A stretch of DNA of 64,000 nucleotides, from the IMG/VR virus record IMGVR_UViG_3300025738_000001; one strand, 5' to 3'. Positions 39,653-48,279 of this stretch are shown here, one piece after another. Source of the DNA: a virus. The notes under the pieces are model-generated. The model worked only from the letters and a program-made list of their open reading frames with translations. It did no database searches and had not been told where the DNA came from. Within the stretch, counting starts at the first letter, position 1. The number at the start of each line of letters is the position of its first letter. The position numbers and the translations under genes were made by a program.

Positions 39653-40348
39653 TTAGAAGTTCACTGAGAAGCCGTAGCTTACTACTGTGCTATCTATTGT
39701 GCCGCTTAAGCCTACGCCTGCACTATGGATATATTTACCATCAGAGTAGCTGCCACGTAATGCTACCGCACCTGTTCCATTATATGATGCAATACCTGCA
39801 CCCATAGTGAAGCCTTCACGGTAAGTTAGTGGAACTGCTGCAAGTGCTGCGTTAGCTGCCATACCTTGGTCAAGACGGTCGATTTCGCTGTACAGGTCTT
39901 GTACTTGGAATTCGAGTGTATCTACACGACGATTGGTCTGAGCTAAGCGCTGGTCTTGTCGATAGTCAACACCGGCTTGAGTAGTCTGGTATTCATCTAA
40001 CTCACCACTCACTTTCTTTAGCTTATACTCATTGGCAGCGATATCTTCTGTGTTAGTATCTACTTGTTCCATATCAGCATCTAATCCATCTAATCCATCT
40101 ACACCGTCCGTGCCATTAAGACCGTCAAGGGCTGTGGTCAATTCATCTCCTGTTACCAAGTCAATAGACTTGCCATGACCACGGCTGAATACCGTACCGT
40201 CATCCATGTCAATATGGATTCCGTCACTTACGCTAATTGCGTTATCGCTTAGGTTACCACCGTGGTCATTGGATGCGGCATTAGCTGCTTGACCTGCTGC
40301 CATTAATACCAATACTGCTGCACATGCACCTGTTATAAATTGTTTCAA
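39653..40348 (-). CDS. Mini trimeric-autotransporter-adhesin-like protein (signal peptide, collagen-like GxD repeats, coiled coil, YadA-type anchor)
   Basis: Signal MKQFITGACAAVLVLMAAGQAANA; GTDGVDGLDGLDA; C-terminus GMAANAALAAVPL...GAGIASYNGTGAVALRGSY...GVGLSG...VSYGFSVNF fits the YadA anchor pattern (PF03895, from memory). Confidence 0.75.
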   Translation of the reverse strand: MKQFITGACAAVLVLMAAGQAANAASNDHGGNLSDNAISVSDGIHIDMDDGTVFSRGHGKSIDLVTGDELTTALDGLNGTDGVDGLDGLDADMEQVDTNTEDIAANEYKLKKVSGELDEYQTTQAGVDYRQDQRLAQTNRRVDTLEFQVQDLYSEIDRLDQGMAANAALAAVPLTYREGFTMGAGIASYNGTGAVALRGSYSDGKYIHSAGVGLSGTIDSTVVSYGFSVNF

Positions 40349-40542
40349 AGTGTTATTCCTTCTGTTACTTGTACTTGGGCCTGGATTATTCCAGTGAGTG
40401 TATGAAGTAGTTCGTTTTGCTTAGTAGTTAGCTGGATACTGCTATCCTCCAGTTTACTTAACATACCAAACAAGGTTTGTACTTCGGTAGGGGATAATCG
40501 CACACTGTACGATATCTCTTGAATTGCGGATATAGTGCTCAT
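40345..40542 (-). CDS. Hypothetical protein (65 aa)
   Basis: ORF track; overlap-coupled on both sides. Confidence 0.5.
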   Translation of the reverse strand: MSTISAIQEISYSVRLSPTEVQTLFGMLSKLEDSSIQLTTKQNELLHTLTGIIQAQVQVTEGITL

Positions 40543-41318
40543 TTCTTATTAGCTTTCTTGAAAGCTTCGAAGCCCATACCCCATGCTTTAGACTCTTCAG
40601 AACGTACATTGTAGTCCCACGAATCAAAGTCAATGAGTGCTAGTTGCAATCCAACACAGTATGGAGCCACGTCAAGCAGATACTGCAAGCCTGAGTATGA
40701 TTTAATATCTTGCTGTGCAATGTCACCAGCGATGACTAGTTTAGAGCGTTGGCCCATACGAGTTACCAATGACTCTGCAACTGGTGAATCTAAATCTTCA
40801 GCTTCATCCACGATGAGGAACGTATCATCCAGGCTTAAGCCCTTAACCTGCTCCAGAGCTAATAACTCAATCTTGCCCATCGCTAGGTAGACTTCGTAGT
40901 TGCCACGGCCTAAGCGCTTCTTAAGAGTGTTGGTTACAGGAGCACACCAGCCTTCAAGCTTTTCGTTCTTGCTGCCTTTGAAGAAGCCAGTAGACTTAGA
41001 CTTACCTTCACAAGGACGCGCCACAATAATACGTTCAATCTTCTTATCACGTAGCATATCTGCTGCAATGATAGTAGGAATGTACGTTTTAGCTGTACCA
41101 AGTTTACCGGTACACATTGTTACTGGGCTAGTGTCAATAGCATGGATGTATTCTTTCTGGCGTTCGTTAAGCGCTTCCAATGGAGTGCGGTCATACTCAG
41201 CTTGGTTCAAGCCTTGAGTCTTGACACCTGAAGCTGCACCGGTTGCCGATGGAGTAAGTTCTAAGTTAGCAACTGCTACTACATTCGCATTAGTTTGAGT
41301 TTTTTGTTTCTTAGACAT
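40539..41318 (-). CDS. phoH: PhoH-like ATPase
   Basis: GKLGTAKT Walker A, FLIVDEAEDL Walker B, VIAGDIAQQD. Confidence 0.8.
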   Translation of the reverse strand: MSKKQKTQTNANVVAVANLELTPSATGAASGVKTQGLNQAEYDRTPLEALNERQKEYIHAIDTSPVTMCTGKLGTAKTYIPTIIAADMLRDKKIERIIVARPCEGKSKSTGFFKGSKNEKLEGWCAPVTNTLKKRLGRGNYEVYLAMGKIELLALEQVKGLSLDDTFLIVDEAEDLDSPVAESLVTRMGQRSKLVIAGDIAQQDIKSYSGLQYLLDVAPYCVGLQLALIDFDSWDYNVRSEESKAWGMGFEAFKKANKK

Positions 41319-41325
41319 GGTTGTC

Positions 41326-42516
41326 TCACTTGGTTGTGTGATGAATAACTTTACCTATATGACATGTAAACTTAGGGTTATCTAAGATAATCCATAGTAG
41401 GTCATATGGTACAGAAGATTGCAGAGGTGGATGGAAGTGCCCGTCAGTAAATACAACTACTAACTTGGGTTCGATTTCGGCTGCATCATCCATTACGTTA
41501 TAGATGTCAGTGCCGCCTCCACCCTCTAATGTGAGGGATGGTATTCTTGCGCTACGTGGGTATTTACCGCCTGGATGTAACAAGTGGTCGAAACTAGCTA
41601 TATGCGTAGTGTGCGGTTTAATACTTGTATGCATGTGACGGACGAAGGCCAAGTACTCATTCAGCTCATTAGGTGTTACTGAACCAGAGCTGTCTAAATA
41701 GACCGCTACGTCATTCATTCCTTTACCTGAGCGACTAGCCATAATCATCTTATGAGGTAACCAACGGCGGTTAGGCTTACGCATGGACATCGTATTGCCT
41801 ATGTGGGCAGTCATGTGCTTGCGGGCCAATGGTAGCCAGTTGATAGCTGGATTAGTCATGGCTTCAATGTACCGTTCTAAGCTACTGCCTGTACCGGTGC
41901 CACCTGGACCTAAACCAGTCTTCTTCTCATGTTGGATAGCTGCTGCAATAACCATCTGGTCAATGTTAGCTGCTAACGCATCAATGTCTTCTTGGGTAAC
42001 TTGGTCACCCGCTGTACCTTCACCGTCAGCCACACCTTCACCGGGTAAAGCTAGTGCAAGTACATCAGGCCCGCCGGGAGGTTCAATGTCTGCCGGTAGT
42101 AAGTGATAGATTTCCATTGAGGACATACCGCGATACTGCTCATCAAATAAGCATTCCTCAGGGTGGTAGCCCATAACATCATCTATCAGTAAGTTAATCA
42201 TGTAATCTTCTGCACAGTTCATGCGCTTCTGGTCCAGATGAGGCATAGCCTTACCGCGACACACATGTTTAAACACAACATGGTATGTCTCATGAATCAG
42301 GATGAACTGTTGGAACTGTTGGCTCCCCTTAAGGAAGAAGTCAGGGTTGGTGTAAATATGACGGCCATCAGTAGCTGCTGTAGGTACTTCATCAGTCCAG
42401 ACGAAGCGCATAGCAAACATAATGTTCATAATGAATGTGTGCTCAGCTTTGGTGATAAGGTTATACTTCGCCTTATCCATTTCCTTCTGAGCTTTCTTAA
42501 CTAGTGCTTCGTCCAT
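41326..42516 (-). CDS. VWA-domain protein with N-terminal HExxH metallopeptidase-like domain (partner of the MoxR-like ATPase)
   Basis: HETYH motif in the N-terminal half. MIDAS-like YLDSSGS (DxSxS) in the C-terminal half. Confidence 0.75.
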   Translation of the reverse strand: MDEALVKKAQKEMDKAKYNLITKAEHTFIMNIMFAMRFVWTDEVPTAATDGRHIYTNPDFFLKGSQQFQQFILIHETYHVVFKHVCRGKAMPHLDQKRMNCAEDYMINLLIDDVMGYHPEECLFDEQYRGMSSMEIYHLLPADIEPPGGPDVLALALPGEGVADGEGTAGDQVTQEDIDALAANIDQMVIAAAIQHEKKTGLGPGGTGTGSSLERYIEAMTNPAINWLPLARKHMTAHIGNTMSMRKPNRRWLPHKMIMASRSGKGMNDVAVYLDSSGSVTPNELNEYLAFVRHMHTSIKPHTTHIASFDHLLHPGGKYPRSARIPSLTLEGGGGTDIYNVMDDAAEIEPKLVVVFTDGHFHPPLQSSVPYDLLWIILDNPKFTCHIGKVIHHTTK

Positions 42517-42524
42517 AAGGACTC

Positions 42525-42788
42525 CTATATAGCTGATAAACCCATTTCCATGCGATTAATCATGGTCATGCGCTGATACATTTCATTGTAATGCATATCG
42601 AGTGTGGCTTTGAGGCGATGGTCATCATCACAGCACACATATAATAATGAGGCTGTCATACAGATTTGTAAGCGGTCACTCTTGGGAGTATCTATACGTC
42701 CCATAGCTTCACGCTGTTCCATCATTTCATCAAGGGCATCTTGCTCTTCCCAAGCATCGAGCGTACCGCTAAACATCTGGAGTACCAA
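42525..42788 (-). CDS. Hypothetical protein (87 aa)
   Basis: ORF track. Confidence 0.5.
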   Translation of the reverse strand: MVLQMFSGTLDAWEEQDALDEMMEQREAMGRIDTPKSDRLQICMTASLLYVCCDDDHRLKATLDMHYNEMYQRMTMINRMEMGLSAI

Positions 42789-42972
42789 AGCGGTTAACGT
42801 GAGTAACCACTAACTCTTCTATGGCCTCACGGATGTATTCATCACCTTCCCAAGGGGCTATGAAGTACTGCTCCTTAAGTCTGTCGATACCCTGAGCGCT
42901 TTTATCTTCGCTAGCTGTGAGTGAAACGCCTTTAAGTTCTGTGATTAGTAGTTGTATTTGTTCTTTATTCAT
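42769..42972 (-). CDS. Hypothetical protein (67 aa)
   Basis: ORF track; start overlaps the upstream stop. Confidence 0.5.
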   Translation of the reverse strand: MNKEQIQLLITELKGVSLTASEDKSAQGIDRLKEQYFIAPWEGDEYIREAIEELVVTHVNRFGTPDV

Positions 42973-44012
42973 TAGTACAATTCCCGTGCATTAGCGACAA
43001 ACCAATCAATAACATTGGCGTCTGTCTGGATGGTAGGATTCACTTGCGCTGCTGAAGTAAGTGCTAACACTTGGAACTCTAATGGAAGTTTCTTAACCAG
43101 CTCCATCATATCTTCTGCATTATCTACAGAGATAGCTTCACCTATTAATGTTGCCAAAGCGAACTTGACATCTGGCTGAGTTGGAATCTGAACGCTTAAT
43201 GGATTAGCTGCCAACTGTTTAATACTAGGCAATGTGCCATAAATCTTACAGTAGCCAAATAACGCATTAGCATGTTTAGGACCAGTTGTGCCTATCATCA
43301 ATGGTAGCTTAGTCGGTGATACTGTAGGCCATAGTTTGAGTAGGTCACTCATGGCTTCATTAGTACGAGGACAAGCAAAGGTATCATCATCATGTGCAGC
43401 ATCAAAGCAATGGATTAGTTCTGGCTTCCAAGTAAGGAAACCACGTAGACGATAATCCATATTAGACTTAACCGCATACTTCATGAACTCTTGCTCATCC
43501 ACATGAACGTGTAGTGTACATAGGCGCGACTGCATAGCCGTACCCATATCCATTACTAAGTTACCGTCATCAATTTCATTACCGGTAGCTACGATGGCAC
43601 AAGCAGGATGTAGTTTATGCTGGCCCACCTTCTTCTCATGGATTAACTTATGAGAGGCTACTTGTACTTCAAGCGCTGCAGAGGTCAACTCATCCAGGTT
43701 TAATAACCAGCCATCATAGCCTTCTGGAATTGGGTCACCCTCAAGAGGGAATAGGATTGGCGGACTAAACGTACTACGCTTAATACCGTTGATTTCACAG
43801 TCCAAGTCAGGGAAGCCTGTTAGGTCTGTTGGTTCACTAGTCGTAAGGTTATGACCAATGAGTTTAAGATTGAATTGATTTGCTACCTGATTAATCATGG
43901 CAGTCTTACCGGTTCCAGGTGGCCCAAGAACTAACGGTACTAGACCAGCTTCAATACAGTCTTCTACAAGTTCGGCTGATTGGCCGATTGAAATACTATT
44001 AGCTTTAGGCAT
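42972..44012 (-). CDS. AAA+ ATPase, MoxR/CobS-like
   Basis: Walker A GPPGTGKT and Walker B LLNLDELT; 346 aa. Confidence 0.8.
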   Translation of the reverse strand: MPKANSISIGQSAELVEDCIEAGLVPLVLGPPGTGKTAMINQVANQFNLKLIGHNLTTSEPTDLTGFPDLDCEINGIKRSTFSPPILFPLEGDPIPEGYDGWLLNLDELTSAALEVQVASHKLIHEKKVGQHKLHPACAIVATGNEIDDGNLVMDMGTAMQSRLCTLHVHVDEQEFMKYAVKSNMDYRLRGFLTWKPELIHCFDAAHDDDTFACPRTNEAMSDLLKLWPTVSPTKLPLMIGTTGPKHANALFGYCKIYGTLPSIKQLAANPLSVQIPTQPDVKFALATLIGEAISVDNAEDMMELVKKLPLEFQVLALTSAAQVNPTIQTDANVIDWFVANARELY

Positions 44013-44020
44013 AGTGGTTC

Positions 44021-44239
44021 CTATTTAGATTTAGTTGCGAAAATTACACATGTAGGGTTATTGCCCATTGCATCATCAAGAGCACAAGCTGCTTCAATTG
44101 GTGATACACCGCGCTGAACCATCTTAGTGATGGAGTTGTTGTGGTGTTTATAGAATGACTGGGTGCTTAACACAATGGTTAGGACGACTGTAGCTATGGT
44201 AGCTGCAATAGTGGCCCAAAATTTACCGTCTTCGTTCAT
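44021..44239 (-). CDS. Small membrane protein (72 aa)
   Basis: ORF track; TM FWATIAATIATVVLTIVL. Confidence 0.55.
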   Translation of the reverse strand: MNEDGKFWATIAATIATVVLTIVLSTQSFYKHHNNSITKMVQRGVSPIEAACALDDAMGNNPTCVIFATKSK

Positions 44240-44241
44240 AG

Positions 44242-44436
44242 TTATACCTTATGGATGCCATCGTTCAATAGCATTTTGTCAATGTGATTTAATATCAGCG
44301 CCATGTTAACTGCCGATACTGGATGGTAGCCGTCCTCACCTTGAGGGTTATTTACTTCTGGAATACCAGTTAAGGTATTCCGTAGTTGGATAAGGTTAGT
44401 TATCCGCTGCTGCTTTTTATTCGCCATCTTTCTCAT
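44242..44436 (-). CDS. Hypothetical protein (64 aa)
   Basis: ORF track. Confidence 0.5.
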   Translation of the reverse strand: MRKMANKKQQRITNLIQLRNTLTGIPEVNNPQGEDGYHPVSAVNMALILNHIDKMLLNDGIHKV

Positions 44437-44977
44437 CCTTTGGACGGTGGATAGTCTGAGGTAGTCTAGCGCCTGAGATATCTAATTTAAGGGGTAGACG
44501 TTCGCGGTCACCTGAATCGAATATAGCGTATATCGCACCCATCTCAGTGAGTTCCAATTGGCTTACATTATCAGCAATGAATGCCCAAGGCACATGAACA
44601 GTTTCATAGGCACGAGAGTATGCTTTGTTGATACAGATGTTAGTCCCACGGCCCATAGGCTTACCTTCGACATTAAGAGGAAGGCCGCGCATCATAGCTA
44701 AGATAGCCATTACTTTATTAGCTTCATCGCCAGTTACTGGGATAAAGTCTGCTGTAGCGTAAGGTACAAATGGGGTGTCTTTTTTAGGCATAGGTTTCTC
44801 AGTTGAAAAGTAGTCATGGAAGAATGGGTAAAGGAATTCGCTTCTCTCGTTAGCATCATCTACTATTGAGAATTCTCTATCCTGCGAGCTGGCAATAGCA
44901 TAAGACTTGCCTTTGGTGATATCTAATACACCGTGGGATGTACACCAGATTCGGGTGCCAACTACCAGTGGTTTCAT
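44417..44977 (-). CDS. Hypothetical protein (186 aa)
   Basis: ORF track; ATGA overlap with the upstream gene. Confidence 0.6.
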   Translation of the reverse strand: MKPLVVGTRIWCTSHGVLDITKGKSYAIASSQDREFSIVDDANERSEFLYPFFHDYFSTEKPMPKKDTPFVPYATADFIPVTGDEANKVMAILAMMRGLPLNVEGKPMGRGTNICINKAYSRAYETVHVPWAFIADNVSQLELTEMGAIYAIFDSGDRERLPLKLDISGARLPQTIHRPKDEKDGE

Positions 44978-45279
44978 AGAACCTCACCTGTATACTTTTC
45001 GTAGTTTGGTTTGATTTTGAACATTAAGGCTAGTTTAACCCAACGGCGCTCAATGAATAATTTACCTATTATATCTAGGACGATGACACCCTCTTTAGCC
45101 TGCTCACAGACCATATTGTTCTGGACTTCAAGTGTGACTTCAGGATTAGGCTCAATGCCTTGTAAGACCGCGTCTTCCCCATCTCGGGCTAATAGGTAAA
45201 CTGTGCGTGGCTTGCTATTGTATACCATGACACCAATCCAAAGGGCTGCTGCCAGTACTGCTAGAATATATAGAACCAT
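44974..45279 (-). CDS. Membrane protein (101 aa)
   Basis: ORF track 44974..45312 starts at a GTG. An internal ATG at 45279 has RBS gaggag at 7 nt. TM VLYILAVLAAALWIGVMV. Confidence 0.6.
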   Translation of the reverse strand: MVLYILAVLAAALWIGVMVYNSKPRTVYLLARDGEDAVLQGIEPNPEVTLEVQNNMVCEQAKEGVIVLDIIGKLFIERRWVKLALMFKIKPNYEKYTGEVL

Positions 45280-45336
45280 TAGGTTGCTCCTCAGCGATAG
45301 CGCGGAAACCACGCATTAAAGTTATTGACCGTATAA

Positions 45337-45349
45337 CCGACGAAGTCGG
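45337..45349 (-). promoter_or_regulatory. N4-type promoter-like hairpin CCGAC-GAA-GTCGG
   Basis: Perfect 5-bp stem and GAA loop on the + strand, followed by CTAC. About 58 nt right of the ATG at 45279. Confidence 0.45.
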
Positions 45350-45352
45350 CTA

Positions 45353-45418
45353 CTACTTATTTTTGTACATTAATGTCACTAAGAATAACACTAACGCTGT
45401 TACTGCAAATGCCGTCAT
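45353..45418 (-). CDS. Micro-ORF (21 aa hydrophobic peptide)
   Basis: Hand translation MTAFAVTALVLFLVTLMYKNK. ATGA overlap with the upstream stop. Very short, so weak. Confidence 0.3.
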   Translation of the reverse strand: MTAFAVTALVLFLVTLMYKNK

Positions 45419-45675
45419 TTCTTTCTCCTGATACGCATTAAGAGCGCTCTGTTTTTAATAAGAAGTAAATTGAGGTGTTTGCAGTGGTCCTGCAAGTTGA
45501 CTATTCTATCCCAACGCATAGTAGACACTTCGCTTACAGCGGAGTACTTATCCCGCCACATCTTAATGGTGCTCTCATTAACTTCTGCTTCTGAGCGTAA
45601 GTTGTTTATAAAGCATCGCTGCCCTATGACTATTACTACTAATATAGCTATAGCCATGCTGTATAATATAATCAT
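45415..45675 (-). CDS. Membrane protein (86 aa, N-terminal TM + helical tail)
   Basis: ORF track. Confidence 0.55.
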   Translation of the reverse strand: MIILYSMAIAILVVIVIGQRCFINNLRSEAEVNESTIKMWRDKYSAVSEVSTMRWDRIVNLQDHCKHLNLLLIKNRALLMRIRRKK

Positions 45676-45752
45676 TCGTCTTCTCCCACTTCGAAGTCAT
45701 GCTCTTCAGCATACCCCATGAGTTTTACTCCTATCTCGCCTAAGGTAATCAT
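45672..45752 (-). CDS. Micro-ORF (26 aa acidic peptide)
   Basis: Hand translation MITLGEIGVKLMGYAEEHDFEVGEDE. ATGA overlaps at both ends. Confidence 0.3.
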   Translation of the reverse strand: MITLGEIGVKLMGYAEEHDFEVGEDE

Positions 45753-46771
45753 AGTTGCTCCAATTGATAATTGTCATACCATTTCTTAATGAAGTACTCA
45801 ATCTTCTTCATATCATACTCAATAGATGTGCCTTCTTTGCCTTTACCTTGAGCGGCTAAGTGAACACGACGCATGGCTTTAAGTACATTTCCCAAGTCGA
45901 AGTCATTATCAACCAGTGCTTTGATTACATCACCAGTTTCAAATTGAACCTTGATAACCTGAGGCGTAACAGTTATACAGTTAGCTGCTGGAACCAACAC
46001 TTCTAGTTGATAGTAAGACGAGCTTCCTCCATCTGACTTAACCTCACCTTTATCACATTCAGGCTTAATCTTGTTAAGCACTATTGGGGCTCCTGGACCA
46101 AAGATACATTCCTTACCAAGAGTATCAGTTTCAGTTTTACCCTCAATGTCGCCGCAGCATTTAGCTATGACCTGTTGATTGGCTTCTTTAACAGCATCAA
46201 CGGCTTGGTTAAATATTCCGACACTATCCAACTTAGACTTCTCGAAGAACTTCTTACGGTCTTCTGCATTGACTAGCCAATTGTCTATACCTTGCTCATG
46301 TACTTTGTTGATGGAGTCTTGCACAGCGACTTTAGCGCCTTGGTCTATAAGCTTAGATATCCTAGCGTTAACTTCCTTGGCTTTCCCCAAGTCAATAGGC
46401 ATAGTTTGCTCCGTAGCAAAGAATCTAGCCTTGTCTTCTTCAAAGTTCTGCTGACGTATTTTATCCAAGTCGGCTAGGTTGCCATAGTACTGAGCTTTCT
46501 CAGCATTAGACATGTTGTGTACGTTAGTTACTGCACCTTCAAGTTGTACCTTACTAACGAATTGCCAGTTAATTTCCTTCAAGTCCAAGTTATTGCCTCC
46601 TACCGCATAAGGGAAGCCTTTGGTTAATGCCTTGTTACGCATTTCATCAATAGTAGGCATTGGGTCATCTTCTGTGAAGTACCATGAATTAGTGCCACTA
46701 CACAGCGCATACTTGCTATGTAGTTTATGAGTATAGAGTTTGTATATTGTAGTCATTAACGGATGCTCCAT
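45749..46771 (-). CDS. Hypothetical protein with C-terminal DUF3310-like domain
   Basis: C-terminus DGGSSSYYQL...GDVIKAL...FDLGNVLKAMRRV...KGKEG...YDMKKIEYFI resembles the DUF3310 pattern (from memory). Confidence 0.6.
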   Translation of the reverse strand: MEHPLMTTIYKLYTHKLHSKYALCSGTNSWYFTEDDPMPTIDEMRNKALTKGFPYAVGGNNLDLKEINWQFVSKVQLEGAVTNVHNMSNAEKAQYYGNLADLDKIRQQNFEEDKARFFATEQTMPIDLGKAKEVNARISKLIDQGAKVAVQDSINKVHEQGIDNWLVNAEDRKKFFEKSKLDSVGIFNQAVDAVKEANQQVIAKCCGDIEGKTETDTLGKECIFGPGAPIVLNKIKPECDKGEVKSDGGSSSYYQLEVLVPAANCITVTPQVIKVQFETGDVIKALVDNDFDLGNVLKAMRRVHLAAQGKGKEGTSIEYDMKKIEYFIKKWYDNYQLEQL

Positions 46772-47370
46772 TGAGTGTGATTCCAGTCCTGCAACATGGC
46801 AGAGATTTCATACCAGTCATGAGCACATATGGCTTCTTGGCGGTACGGACGGTTATGTGGTTGTTTAAGTAAGATACAGCTGTCGTACCCTGCATCCATT
46901 ACATCAGAGATATTCTGGTACTTATCATCAACGAATAAGTCAATGGTATGTGTCATGGCTATCTCTTGAATAGCAGTCACCTTGGATTCATTAAACCCAA
47001 CGAACTTAATCTCTTCAAAGATGTCACCGAACACATGGTATAAGTTAGCCTTGCGTAGTGCATGTACCTGAGGGTCTAAGCCACACGCGGTTACACAGAA
47101 TATGTCATATCCCTGCTGAACTAACTTGGTTAACACTCGACGTGCTCCTGGGAGTCCATCAAGAGCGCCACACTGCCAGCTTCCCATGAAAGCTTCTAGT
47201 ACTTCTCTATCCTGTCCCTTCTCAATGTCGAGCCATTCACACAGGTCCCAGTCCAGTGATTTACCCGTGATTGATTTACCGTGATGATGATTGAAGAATT
47301 CACGAACCCTCGAACCAAAGTCCAAGATAGTGTCATCCACATCAACAACAATTGCTTTACGTAATGTCAT
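46756..47370 (-). CDS. HAD-superfamily phosphatase (5'(3')-deoxyribonucleotidase-like)
   Basis: Motif I VVDVDDT (DxDxT) and motif IV LFVDDK. Start set at Met23 (RBS agaggaa); the longer track ORF adds an unlikely leader. Confidence 0.75.
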   Translation of the reverse strand: MTLRKAIVVDVDDTILDFGSRVREFFNHHHGKSITGKSLDWDLCEWLDIEKGQDREVLEAFMGSWQCGALDGLPGARRVLTKLVQQGYDIFCVTACGLDPQVHALRKANLYHVFGDIFEEIKFVGFNESKVTAIQEIAMTHTIDLFVDDKYQNISDVMDAGYDSCILLKQPHNRPYRQEAICAHDWYEISAMLQDWNHTQWSIR

Positions 47371-47532
47371 AATGCATTCCTCTAAAAGTATATAAAATAT
47401 GCCCATTTTACGCCTGGGCAGGCGACTAGGATTCACACCTAATTCTATTGATTAATCTTAAAGTCCGTCAACTGGGACTATTGACCAAATGACATGCCAC
47501 GAAGGGACTAACAGTGCTGACGATGGTGAATT

Positions 47533-47736
47533 CTATTCAGGACCAGTAATGGTCTTCTTCGGTTTGGTTTTAGACTTAGCCTTAATCTCTACTTCTTCCC
47601 GTGGGGGATTAGCAGTGATTAGAGACTGCGCCTGTGCTAAGGCTAATGCTGCTTGGGCCAACTCTAACGCTTCATGCGGCTTGTTAGATACTGTTGACTT
47701 CTGCGCCAATGTTTCTACTTGCTGTACTAAGTTCAT
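47533..47736 (-). CDS. Small helical, K-rich protein (67 aa)
   Basis: Internal Met64 of track ORF 47533..47925. The upstream part of that ORF overlaps tRNA-Cys. RBS-like aaggg. Confidence 0.45.
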   Translation of the reverse strand: MNLVQQVETLAQKSTVSNKPHEALELAQAALALAQAQSLITANPPREEVEIKAKSKTKPKKTITGPE

Positions 47737-47762
47737 AATGAACCCTTTTGGTAGTGAATGTT

Positions 47763-47837
47763 TGGAGCAGGATGGGAGAATCGAACTCCCGCTTAGATGA
47801 TTTGCAATCAACCCTCTTTCCACTTGAGTAATCCTGC
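47763..47837 (-). tRNA. tRNA-Cys (GCA), CCA encoded
   Basis: Hand fold: acceptor GCAGGAT/ATCCTGC, D-loop with GG, anticodon loop TTGCAAA (one U-U in the stem), T-arm GGGAG-TTCGATT-CTCCC, discriminator U, CCA. Confidence 0.9.
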
Positions 47838-48191
47838 ATAGAATTGCTTTTTGATAAGCCAGAAGCATAGTAGAAAACTGGCATCTAAAACTCCCCGTGT
47901 TGGACATACGGTTCCACCTATTCACGGGCTAGTTAAAATTTGTTCAACACCCTTTGATAAACCAGAGGTGAGAGGAACTGGTACGAGGGTAGCGAACTCC
48001 CTTGTCAGGTGTAACCACCACCATTACGTGCTGAGGTTACGTCCTGAGTTGCGGCTCAGGTATCCTATTAGGATACGTCCAGTCGCGCTTTACTGGAATT
48101 ACCGAGCCATAATATTAGCTTGGGAACAGGTACGTAAGGATGCTTACGTGTTATCTGCAAGCCGCTCTTGCAAGCCTGCCCAAGTCTAAAC
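47838..48191 (-). ncRNA. ORF-free hairpin-rich RNA segment inside the tRNA array
   Basis: Perfect hairpins at 48043-48060, 48060-48076, 48132-48149 and 48156-48172 (6-7 bp each). T-arm-like AGGGA-GTTCGCT-ACCCT followed by CGTACCA ends near 47979. Butt-joined to flanking RNAs. Confidence 0.3.
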
Positions 48192-48273
48192 TGGTCGGAG
48201 TGACGGGGTACTCTCCCGCACGTAGGCAATTAAAGGCCTGCTCTTTGAGGTATCGTATTTGAGCTACACTCCG
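48192..48273 (-). ncRNA. Non-canonical tRNA-like RNA (82 nt, ACCA encoded, 8-nt anticodon-like loop CUUUAAUU)
   Basis: Perfect 7-bp acceptor CGGAGTG/CACTCCG + A + CCA; UA-GCUC...GAGC D-stem with a 17-nt loop lacking GG; 4-bp AGGC/GCCU stem; T-arm GCGGG-AGAGUAC-CCCGU lacks TTC. Confidence 0.45.
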
Positions 48274-48279
48274 TGAATT

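Noticed and set aside
47533-47925. Full-length 130-aa - strand ORF
   Set aside because: Its N-terminal half is the tRNA-Cys gene read as protein. Only the C-terminal 67 codons, from Met64, are kept as a possible gene.
47979-48006. Possible additional tRNA from the T-arm-like AGGGA-GTTCGCT-ACCCT + CGTACCA
   Set aside because: No complementary 5' acceptor strand lies within 250 nt, and the T-stem has an A-A mismatch. It is treated as part of the hairpin-rich RNA.
47851-48189. 112-aa + strand ORF (TTG start), and 47489..47800 (+), across RNA array 1
   Set aside because: Same reasoning. They overlap tRNA-Cys and perfect hairpins on the opposite strand, have unnatural composition, and would be the only rightward genes in a 38-kb leftward block.
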